Positions 49,047 through 59,417 of a stretch of 64,000 nt of DNA are shown one piece after another. The translations under genes were made by a program, and so were the position numbers. The stretch is from Neoechinorhynchus agilis. Lineage: Eukaryota; Animalia; Acanthocephala. The first letter of the stretch is position 1, and the number at the start of each line of letters is the position of its first letter. Below the pieces are notes generated by a model that was given only the letters and a program-made list of their open reading frames with translations, had not been told where the DNA came from and ran no database searches. The DNA lies in the NCBI GenBank assembly GCA_051530055.1, contig CM121341.1, positions 14,858,784 to 14,922,783 on the forward strand. The letters run 5' to 3'.

Positions 49047-51221
49047 ATGACTGAGAAACAAATGCTGTCACGCGAAGAGCGTATAAGCGAACTGATGAAG
49101 GAATTGGAAATCAATCAAGCAGAGCTGATAGAGCTACAATCGATGTGGGAGGTGGCAGCAATTGGAACCTTCGCACAGTCATTGGAAAATCGAATGAATA
49201 TCGTCTATGACCAATACGATCTGGAAATCGGCTTCCTAGTTAAAAGCCCAAATTCAATTATAACGCGTCTCATAAACGTTCTCGTTGTTCAAGGCAGAAG
49301 TCGTACGTTCAATGACCGGGTGCTCAGCAGAGTTCGGCGGTGGAGGCGCGGTCTTCGACGAACGGACGGTCGAGCGTTGACTGAAGAAAAGGCTGCAGCG
49401 GCGATGAAAATTGATCCGCGAGTGTATGATTACATCCGGAACTTGTTTGAGTTTCTTGATGAATCCTCAAAACACCAAGTTGAATTGGATTTCTTCAAGT
49501 GGCCAATAAAGACTCGTGTTTGGGTCATCAAGACAATCTGTGACGAAAAGACCGCATTTGCCTCCAAATACATGGACGGTCGTGGCGCCGAACCTTCAAC
49601 CATTGGGAAACGTGCCGGATCAGATGGATATTTGTGCTTCGTTTCATTCCTTCCACATATCCGAGCTTTTGATTCCTCCGGTATTGTGGCCCTTACAAAG
49701 TCCCAGCTAGTCAAGTATCTCGATTCTAACAAAAAGGCATCTAATCAGCTGCCAGCCAAATTGAAAGCTGTAAAAGACAATGATGCTCTCGATGCTTGTT
49801 GTGATGTTCTCAGTGAGTACGTCGAAAGTGTTCGGGAAGCCAAGAAGGTGGAGGAAGAAAATTTGAGGTTGCAGCGAGAAATGGAAGAAGAGGAAAGGAA
49901 ACGGTTGGAAGAAGAAGAGGCAGAGATGACTCGGAGAATGGAGCATCAAATTCAAACCCGAAGGCAGAGTGCTCTAAGGGGGAAGAAGGTACAGAGGCGT
50001 GATCCTGAGTTAAACGATGAAGAGAGCAGTTACGAAGAATCTCCAACGTCAGATTCATCAAATGATTCCGACTATACTATACCAACCAACGGATCATCGT
50101 CGACGGGTAAAAAACGAAGAGGCGGGCGAACATCAAGTTTCCTTAAACTTAGGATCCATAAGAGTAATCAATTTAGTATGGTTTTTTATAAAATTCATTT
50201 GAATTAGTTTTAAACACGTATGAATCTCCAATAATCTTCTGAATATTGAACTCTGGGTCTTTAAAATTGTCTGGTATATTTTATTTATAACATGTTTTGC
50301 AACTCAAATTGGTCTGCGACATTTTTCTTCGACTCAACAAACAATTCTGAATTTTAAGCATTAAATGATTTTTAAAGCACATTTAATTGTTTTGTTAAAA
50401 ATTTAGTTTCCTTAACCTGCATGGATTCTATCGATAACGTCTCGATAGGCAGTGGAATCAACTCAATTGGAAGCGGTCGCTTACTGCACCAACGAATTCC
50501 ACTCAACCGTCCTTACTCTCATTTAAGTAATACGCTTAGAACTCTTTACTCGCCTCACAGTAGTGCTCAGTATCGAATGCGACACCCGATGCTTGCCCGG
50601 CCTCGTCCAGTCTATGAGTCGAACAATCGAGCCCTTCCACCGGACTATTATCAAAGAAGTCGTGAAGCAATAGAGGAGGCCAGTCGAGTGTTTCGCACAA
50701 ACACCGTTCCATCGCATGCAATGCCGTTAGCTCTTCAACCGGACGCCCTAAAGCGCTATGACAATAAACAATACTTGAACGATCGTGACATAGACTCAGG
50801 TGATGATGGACCAGATCCAACGTCCCGTCCAGCACGAATTGTGCGGAATGGCGATTTTCGCACAGTGATTCGCACAAGTCGCCTAAGTAGACAATATCCA
50901 GTGGCTATGCTTCCTTCATCCAATCTAAACACAACTCAAGGCCATTCTTGTGAAATGGATGGACTGTACAGTTCACAACTGCATGCGAAATTTGTTCAGG
51001 AAAAGGCTGAACGAATGTCTATGAGTGCTGAGGTTGAAATGAATGAGAAGGCTGATAGAAGGAAGCGTAAATACTCGGACCAGGACAATGACTGTGGAAT
51101 CGCTACTGATGAAGCTTTGCTAGAAACATTGAGTAGATGCGCCAGGAAGATCGATATGGAGAACGAGGAACAAGATGATGGAAGCGGTTCGGAGGAACAG
51201 GAAGCGGATTGTGAACATTGA
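49047..51221 (+). CDS. DDT/WHIM-domain chromatin protein (CECR2/RSF1-like N-terminus); exons 49047-50175 and 50407-51221
   Basis: ELQSMWEVAAIGTF and FFKWPIKTRVWVIKTICD resemble the CECR2-type motifs ELRSWWEVPAIAHF and FQDLPLRTRVEILHRLCD. A phase-1 GT-AG intron joins the two ORFs in frame (the join is inferred). Confidence 0.65.
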
Positions 51222-51673
51222 CGGAGATTATCAGCGCCGCGAAAAGATTCTATGAACTACGATTTGTTAAATAGGTCCATTCTAAGAATGTAAGAGTGGT
51301 GTGTTGGTGGAAATTATTGCGCACATGTGCCACATAGAAATTTGAGTTTATCCAACTGATCTGTTTTCGGGATTTTCCACATATTACATCTCTAAATGAA
51401 CAACGCCAAAGCTCCGATTAGTTTTATAACGTCTATTTGCACATGGGATGCTCAAAGCTTTCTAAAAAATCAGTCGTTCTATCGTATTTTTGAAAAAAAG
51501 TTTCTCTGGGCAAATGTGTTTCATTATTTGTTTAATCGATTTCGTTGGTTAGGAAAATATAATCTCCTGTTAGTTGAAAAATAAAAATTGTGGATTTCTT
51601 CTTTCCTCGTTTTAATTCATCCGTTTAATCCTCCGCTCTCGAGATTCAATTTCAAGACTACGAGCAACGACCG

Positions 51674-52696
51674 ATGATCCTGCTCCGAAAATTTACAAGC
51701 ATCGGATATCCCCTAAGACGATTCTTGGTCTCATCAACCTCCAGCCTCAAAACTGTATGTACAAATGATCAGATTCGCAAATTCCGATCGGAGATGTTCA
51801 CTAACGAGCGCGAGCGGCAAGCATCAATGCTACGACGAATCGAAAAGATCAAAGTGGTTGTAGATGATCCACTAGCCAATCAAGATAGCGATTCAGCTCC
51901 AACCTACTCGACTACTCTCATGATGAACCAGAACTCGTCTACTCCTTTTCATTGTGCACTTCATCTCAGTGAAGTCCTTTGTGATAGAAGCGTTTTGACC
52001 TTTGTTGACGGTCAACCTTGGGACATGCACCGATCGCTTGTAAGCGATTGCTCAATGGAGTTCGTGCATTTTATGAGTGATTCTCACGACAAGCTTCAAT
52101 CGGTCAATCGGGCTTATTGGCGGTCATGTTCCATGGTACTTGGGTACATCCTTGAAACGTGTTTCTCAAATAAGTATCCAGTAGAGCTATGCAGTTTCCC
52201 ACCACCTAATCTAACCAGTGGTTCATTCGTATACGATTGCCGCTTAAGCATTCCCGAGTGGGTTCCAAATCAGCGTGAACTACGATGCATGTCCATTCGC
52301 GCATACGAAATACGAGACGAATGCCTCGATTTTGAATGCTTAAACGTTCGTCGGGATTTCGCAGAGTCGATGTTTCAGCATAACCAGTGTAAATTGGCTC
52401 AAATTAAGGAGATGTGCTCCAGTGAAGACGGTCGCGTCTCTTTGTACAGAATTGGAGATTTTGTCGATATTTCACAAGGACCAATGATATCTAACACACA
52501 ACAGTTGGGTCGGTTCGAAATCTGTTCCATTCATAATATCGACAGTAAGAGTTATGGTCGCCTTCAAAGGGTCCAAGGTGTTTCTATACCCGCTCAGTTA
52601 AGATTGCATTATTGGACTTTTGACTTACTTATGAAACGAGCTGAACGCTTAAATCCTGCTAAACTACCAAGTCTTAAAAATCCTATCATATCGTAA
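51674..52696 (+). CDS. MRPL39: Mitochondrial ribosomal protein mL39 (threonyl-tRNA-synthetase-like TGS/SAD folds), intronless
   Basis: FTNERERQ...RIEKIKV, STPFHCALHLSE, PWDMHRSL, VNRAYWRSCSMVLG, GSFVYD, LYRIGDFVDISQGPMISNT and LQRVQGVSIP..LRLHYWTF. Confidence 0.9.
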   Translation: MILLRKFTSIGYPLRRFLVSSTSSLKTVCTNDQIRKFRSEMFTNERERQASMLRRIEKIKVVVDDPLANQDSDSAPTYSTTLMMNQNSSTPFHCALHLSEVLCDRSVLTFVDGQPWDMHRSLVSDCSMEFVHFMSDSHDKLQSVNRAYWRSCSMVLGYILETCFSNKYPVELCSFPPPNLTSGSFVYDCRLSIPEWVPNQRELRCMSIRAYEIRDECLDFECLNVRRDFAESMFQHNQCKLAQIKEMCSSEDGRVSLYRIGDFVDISQGPMISNTQQLGRFEICSIHNIDSKSYGRLQRVQGVSIPAQLRLHYWTFDLLMKRAERLNPAKLPSLKNPIIS

Positions 52697-53648
52697 ATAT
52701 CCTAATTGTGGATTCCATTTGTGAAGATAATTTTTGAAATTTGTGCCCTTTTGCGCTAACAATATAATATCTTACTAGACAACAAAAAAGACGCTATTAG
52801 TATTAATGACGAATATCTAGTCTCATTTTTTAATTACTTTAAATCTTATTTTCGACAATCTCCCCTATACCAAACCAATCATCGTTATAAAAATGTCCAG
52901 ATAGTTCGAGAACGTGTAATGCACTCTCCTTTTCTTTTATCTCACGTTCAGGCTTCAAAAACTTTTAAAGCAAATTCCAGGAAGGCGTGCGCTTGAGTAT
53001 TTTATGGAAAAATCAGTCTAAGAAATAACGAACCTAATCGTAGACTGCTGAAGTTTCGCAAACGAATAATCTATTTATTACTGGCGTTATGATTATAAAT
53101 TTCAAACTGCGACAATCACCAATTTGTTCAAAGTCTTTAAAAATGAAATTTTCCTCTGAATACCGTTTCCCATCTCAATCATTTTTTTCGTTCCATAAAA
53201 GCGTTTTTCATATCTTCATTAATTTCAATCGCTTGTCCATTAAAACTTTCTTCTTTTTTGTTTCAACCATTCTTCATATTTCACTTCGTATCCTCTCCCC
53301 ATTGCGCCACAACAGCTCGTTATTAAGCTGCATGCGTGTGAAAACACATACATCCATGGTACATTAACGCAACTGAGAACGCCATTTGCTTTTAGCTGAC
53401 TTCATTCCTTGGGCGTAATTTGGTTTTAAATCCACTCTTAGGGTAAAGATCGAATCAGGCTTTGTATTTTTTGCAATTTTGTACCAACGCGGAGAATGTA
53501 AAGTGCCTTTCATAAGCACTGACACTTTTTGTTATTCTTTGTATTGAAAATCTGTTCAATATTAACGCTCGTTTACTTCTAGAAAACATTGAAAATATTG
53601 AGGATTCAACCTTGGACACCATAATTTCTCACGTGGCATTATTAAATA

Positions 53649-53870
53649 TGTTATTTGTTGATAGGAGAGATAAATGAAATTAAGATTTTATTGGATATTT
53701 CGATCCACTATCTCGGATCTTCTTCAGCGATTGCTTGTAAGTTTTTAAATATTCGAGTTAACTCAGCAATCGCTGAAGAAGATCCGAGATAGTGGATCGA
53801 AATATCCAATAAAATCTTAATTTCATTTATCTCTCCTATCAACAAATAACAATGAATTATCTTTTCAATC
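53649..53870. mobile_element. Perfect ~86-bp-arm palindromic mini-retroelement with minimal hammerhead cores and leader in the loop
   Basis: Arms at about 53649-53735 and 53765-53851. Core CUGAAGA-A-GAUCC-gagauagu-GGAUC-GAAA-UAUC (53773-53806) followed by AATAAA. TTAAATATGT is duplicated at 53642-53651 and 53871-53880. Confidence 0.85.
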
Positions 53871-54095
53871 TTAAATATGTGTTCTTTGGTGATTATAAAA
53901 ATAGATACCGTTTTATTGATCTCAATATTTCGTCCGTTCGACTTCTTCAGGTTGCTTGTAAGTCTTTAAATATGGGCTCACAAGCAACCTGAAGAAGTCC
54001 GGTGAGACGGCGGCCGAAATATTGAGAACAATAAAACAGTCTCTATTTTTATAATCACTAAAGAACATATATATAAATGAACAACTTCTTTACGA
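53871..54095. mobile_element. Second palindromic hammerhead mini-retroelement (different family), 12-bp TSD
   Basis: CATTATTAAATA at 53637-53648 and 54096-54107. Core at 53989-54023: CUGAAGA-A-GUCCG..CGGCC-GAAA-UAUU. The loop carries GCCCATATTTAAAGACTTACAAG on the minus strand. Confidence 0.8.
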
Positions 54096-54720
54096 CATTA
54101 TTAAATAGTGTGTCAATCAATTTTCATGTTCAATCAGCAACTTCGTTTCTTTGATTGAGAATGCTCGCAATTTACACAGATCTACTTAACCCTTGGGTGA
54201 ATTATGTTCTCAAGACAGTTTTCAATGCCGACGAAACTTGCAGACCATTCGCACTCTTCATTTCTATGTGGAATAACGTCATACGAGATGTTCTGAGTGT
54301 TCAGAAGCGTACATATAAAAATTCAATAACGGTGTTCCTTGTTTTTTGTATACATTTTGATTGCGGGTCTGCAGAATGTGCCAAGTACGGATTTTGACCC
54401 ACGATAGGTGAGTTCTGTAGTAGGATTTGCGGACCTATTTTGTGTTATTTCACTACGTGCAAAATTATGTTCCGAGATTTTTTTAATGGTGTTCATCCAA
54501 CATGAACTTTTGAATCATGTTTAATTTGCAATCTGCAGGAAACACGGACAAATAAGAGATGTAATAAAGTGGAAAGTCAATCTTTAATCGATTTATTGGT
54601 TGTTTCGCGTTCGTCTTTTATTATTTCAAAATATTAATACGAATGTGAGTGAATCCTTATAGCCGTGCTTTATATTTTTACTTATTCGTCGCCAAATGAA
54701 TCGTAATTGGTAAGCTTCAG

Positions 54721-55514
54721 ATGGAAATCGTCCACGAGGGAAGTATGAGTAAGTGGACAAACTATCTCAAGGGTCTTTATCTTCATCTTAAAAACCTGAA
54801 TAACTTAGATGATCGATAGGTTGGAAGTTGAGATATTTCATTCTCGATCAAGATGGCGTTCTGTCTTATTTTTTGAGCGAAAAGGAAGTATCAGCAGGTT
54901 GTCGGGGTTGCGTTAAAATCGTTGCATGTAATATAATAGGTAAAGGCAAACTTTATCTTTATAATCGTTTATTATTTATATATCGATTAGTTAGTCATAG
55001 AGATGAGTTGAGATTTGACTTGTCGATTCCAGGAGGACCGCAGCTATGCCTTACATGTTGCCGATTGTTTTTGCTGGAGGGGAGTTTGGAAGCAGACTCA
55101 ATTGCCGACCAATAGAACTCCGAATTTAGCCGAGAGGCACGTTTGGCTCCAACTCATTGGCCAGTTTAAAACAGGAGCGATGTTTTCAGACCTTGGTTCA
55201 GGATCATGTCTTCCGATAATTCGATCGCGTTCAGTCGATCTCAAACACGCGGTTCGACTTAAAAGGGTCGAATTGGGAGTCTACAAGGAAAATCTCTGTG
55301 CACAGATCAAGGAAATCGAAGATGCCATGATTAATCGCGAACTTATCGACGAATCGGTATTTGATTCATATGATGTTTTGAAGTTTACACTTGTTTGGAA
55401 TTTTAGATGCTCGGGGAAGCCATAAAGCGGATTCAGGTCTTGTGCACTGCGTTTGCACAAACACTGGAGGAATGTTTGGAACAGTTGGACTCTTTCAAAA
55501 CGCCAAATGATTAA
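54721..55514 (+). CDS. PLEKHA3: FAPP1/PLEKHA3-like PH-domain protein; 5 exons, third junction non-canonical or frameshifted
   Basis: [30 protein letters not shown]...GCRGCVKI...RFDLSIPG...NLAERHVWL, then ELGVYKENL..QI and CTAFAQTLEEC. Introns 54773-54819, 54940-54990 and 55357-55406 are canonical. Confidence 0.8.
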
Positions 55515-55833
55515 AGTTGATGAATGTGTTTAGTTCGATAAAAAAATTCTTAAAAGAAGCTGATTATGACGCTGTGAAATTTTTTTCACTCTAGGGACCG
55601 ATTTAATTTCTCGGTTTAAAAGATTCAATGCAAAGACTGTATAGACAAAATAAGTTTTCAGTGACTCATGGTACTTCTTTGCTCGTAAAAGTACAAAATG
55701 CTATGTATCCTTACGCTTTCTATCGATCAACAAATCTATGGAAAAATGTGCAATTTTCCGTGTCGCGGGCTACCCTTGAATAATTCAGTCGAAAACTTGA
55801 TTTTTGTATGTGTAAACTTGAACATTGGCACGA

Positions 55834-56110
55834 TCACCTTCGTCTATCCCTCTCAACCATTGCAATAAGTTCTTTACATTTGTCCACAACTCCCCTGCGA
55901 ACAAGTAATTGCATTCGTTTTTCCAAATAAATTTTTCTCCTTGCTTCATCGTCGTCATCGATCTTCTCAGACCTAAGCCAATTAGAACTATCCAAACATA
56001 CATCGGAATTCTGACTATTTTTCATTATCTAGAAGCGAGAAGCAAGAATTAAACAGCAACGACCAACCCTCACTCACGAGAATGCCTTCTTTATAAGTTC
56101 GTACAGTCAT
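55834..56110 (-). CDS. Possible small two-exon orphan gene (~75 aa)
   Basis: MTVRTYKEGIL followed by donor gtgagt and acceptor ttctag joins in frame to IMKNSQ...RRKIYLEKRMQLLVRRGVVDKCKELIAMVERDRRR*. No homology recognised. Confidence 0.25.
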
Positions 56111-57323
56111 TTAGTATTTCTGAATGTTCGAAACCACAATGAAACTTAAAATCAGTGTGTGTTCAAAAAATAATGAAAAAAAAATTGTGTTGCATAAAAG
56201 AACAATGGAAACCACAAGAAAGACAACGTCAATGAATGATGAGTTTTTGCTCACTCAGTCTACATGCCGATCAAACCCAATAATAAACTTATACCTTTAG
56301 CTAAAACGAACGAAATTCGGAAATCACCATCAGAAACTAATTGTTTACTAGTGTTCTTGATGAATTCTAGGAAGAAATCTGAAAAGCAGACCGGTTTAAA
56401 ATGAGACTGAGGGTTACTTTTATGAAGCTCTAATTGAAACTCAATTGGTTTGAGCACAATTTTTTAAAATTTAGCCAACGCACTTGTTTTTAGCACAAAT
56501 ATAACATTTAGTTATAGATTGCCAATACGAGCAACATCGATGAATAGTAAATGACGTTCGGCTGTCAAAGTGTTGACGAGCGTAAATAAAAAAGAATTAA
56601 TAAACCATTTTGGTTTGGAAGAGCCGGTGACGAATTAAGTTGAAAATACAAGGGAAACACTTGAACTAAGTCAATTTTATTTATAAAGGAAAGATCAACC
56701 AACGGATAGTCGATCGGAATTTTTGCTTTTATATCTACAAATCCAAGTGTATTTTAATCAGAATAAGGACAAAGTTTAAAACTTATTATTTAAATTGGAA
56801 TCAAAGACTTAAAACGTACAGATAATCTATCTTCCGACTAACGTAAACTTGGGGATTCTCATAGAGAGTCAGCTAAAGTACTCAAAATATTAGAGGTTTC
56901 ATTATCATACGTCGCAAAAGCGTATATTTTAAACAAACTCACCGAAAGATTTAAAAATGGGGTTTAAAGAATTTAGTTATTGTAAGAAGTCGAGTTTAGT
57001 TTCAGCCAAGTAGAATCGCGTTGGTTACAGCATTCTAGTCATCAAAAGACGAGATTTGATGTGGCACGAAAAGACAATTTCGATCGACGAAGCAAGTTAC
57101 TTAGGCGGAAATAAGGAAAATGAAGGAAAAGAAGAATGTCGCTACATCCTTGGAAACCGAAGGCTTCTATGAATAAACCTCCTGCAGTTTTAACAACAAT
57201 CGATCGCCATATTCCCCGTTCGAGGTGTTTTGACGTGCACATGAGCTTACGAAACGTAAGTCCCTAAGACTAAGGATAGGAAAGAATGGGATATTGAATT
57301 GATTCACGTCAAATTGTTTTGTG

Positions 57324-57433
57324 TGTAGAACCTGAAGAAGTCCGACGAGACGGACGAAATATTGAGAACAATAAATAAAATATCTATTCTTGTCATCACC
57401 AAAAAGTACATATACAGATGAACAACTTCTTCA
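57324..57433 (+). mobile_element. 110-bp solo hammerhead unit of the 53871-54095 family with a 14-bp TSD
   Basis: CAAATTGTTTTGTG at 57310-57323 and 57434-57447. Core CUGAAGA-A-GUCCG-acgaga-CGGAC-GAAA-UAUU (57332-57363). Same 3' end ATGAACAACTTCTT as 54078-54090. Confidence 0.85.
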
Positions 57434-57559
57434 CAAATTGTTTTGTGGAAAAAATGATGGAGTTATTAGTTTGGGTTTTGCGATCGTGAGCTCGGTTAGT
57501 GATTTCGACGTTGAAATCGTTCAAAACGTTTCGATCGAGTCATTTTGAAAGTACGGTGC

Positions 57560-58324
57560 AAACGAATTCCTTAGATTGTGTTATCGAAAAAATATCTTCA
57601 TGTAGATCGGTTTTCGTGCCAAAAGGTGTCTAATTCAACCATTTGATCGAATGTCTATAATTCATAGTAAAATGGAGTTTTAGAGGTCCTCGTTTTACTA
57701 TTATGCAAAAAATTGACATTCTTTATTTTAGCACTTAATGCGATTGAAACGAAATCTTTTTTATCTAGGACCGATATTTCGGAAAATTACTAATTTTTCA
57801 GTGTCCTTCCAAACACACAATCTAGAAAGTTCGTAGTTAGCTCTTTCGTGGTGCTTTGTCCTTGTTAGGATCCGGCGTAATGTTGGAGCGCTCCTATAAA
57901 CCAATTCAATCTTTAATACCGTCTCTGTTAGGGGCCCTATGATGTCGCTCATGAATTTTTCGCTGCCGAATCAGATCAGGAGGATCGGCAATTAATCACT
58001 ATTCTTTTCCTCCTTCATTGAACGTCCCCGAATCGATTTTGCTCGACGTTTAAGCTTAGGAGACGGCCAACGTGAGACGTGTTATTGTGCTTATCAATGA
58101 GACCAGGTAGTCTCCTCGTTAACTTTAAAGATTTCGTTTTAATCGCATAAAGTGCTAAAATATAGACGTCAATTTTTTCAACAATAGTAAAACGACGACT
58201 TCTAGAAATCCATTTTACTATGAATTATAGTCATTCGATCAAATCGTTGAATTAGACACATTTTAGCACGAAAAAGGATCCACATGAAGATATTTTTCGA
58301 TAACGCCATCTAAGGAATTCGTTT
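57560..58324. repeat. ~200-bp inverted repeat pair (57560-57759 / 58126-58324) enclosing a ~365-bp spacer
   Basis: AAACGAATTCCTTAGAT..GTTATCGAAAAA.TATCTTCATGT...CATAGTAAAATGGA...GAAACGAAATCTTT matches in inverted orientation at roughly 85% identity by eye. Confidence 0.85.
57790..58010 (-). mobile_element. Probable Penelope-like element relic (RT-to-GIY-YIG linker)
   Basis: LP...GSEKFMSDIIGPL...IELVYRSAPTLRRILTRTK resembles the PLE linker LPY..G.SEKI...I...FKP..TLR..L...K. Confidence 0.4.
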
Positions 58325-59417
58325 TTATTGTTCAAAAAAACAGGTTTAAAGTTCTCCGTTAACTATTTTGCTAAAACCAAAGTAGGAAATTCGCGGTTCT
58401 CCCAAGACGATTAGGACTCGTTCAAAATGAAAAGAATTTTAAAATTCTCCATTTACTATTCGTCAAACCCAAAGTGAGGAAATCGATATGCTGTTAAGAC
58501 AATGAGGGCTCGTTAAAAACGAAAAGGATCATAAAAGAATGTTGTAAACAGAAATTCAAGTTCAATAAAATCAAAGTAAAGCGTCATCTAAAAAATTAAG
58601 TTTTCTAAAGTTACCACGATCAAACGTTGATCTTTAGGTTTTAAACACGCCTTTCCGGAGGTCCAATCTATGACATTTTGAAAGACCTGATTAGAATGAA
58701 GTGGTTCTCAAAATCGAGACTAAAATTAGTGGAATATATTCGGTAGTGATGTTTGGTGGATTTAATCCAATTAGAGACATGATATTTTCATCTCACTGTA
58801 TTTTCAATACGATGATTATTAACTTTCTTAAACGATCGGCCGAACATGGTTGAAGAAAAGGCTTTGATACTTTGGACTAAACTGAACTGCAGTGACGGTT
58901 AGTGTTCATTCAATGAATGTCGAGCAATGTTAGCTACGGTTTTTTTGTTGAGACTAAGTTCTCCATTCAGGTGTCATATTAAGAACGATACGGATCTCAA
59001 AACAAGAGTCAGTGAAAAGAATTTTTAGAAACCGTTCAGCATGATCTCACGCTCCCAAAGATATGTTTACCTCAATTTTCACTTTCCTTAAAGCAATTTC
59101 CGCTGGGCTTTGCTTAGAATTTGGCATCATCCTAATAGGTTACACATCTATTTCTCGAATACCGACCGGATGATAGCATTATCCATGAAAACGGTATCTT
59201 TGGTTACAAGATGAAGTTGCTATTTAAGCTCTCTTGTTTACAAATAGTCTAAAATTTCAAAATCTTACGTTCTTAATTTGCTGGTTCAGCATTGTTTTTT
59301 CCTGTCACAAAAGTATGCTTTTGATGGTTTAAAATATTTGAAGTCAAAAAGTAACTATAAGTTTTAGTAGATATAAGTGATTCTATAATATTAATTTGTA
59401 TCACGCGATTTCGATCA

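Noticed and set aside
13677-55514. Alternative genetic code or stop-codon reassignment
   Set aside because: Aldolase, VPS25, calcineurin B, Mpv17 and MRPL39 translate cleanly with the standard code; stops in retroelements are ordinary decay.
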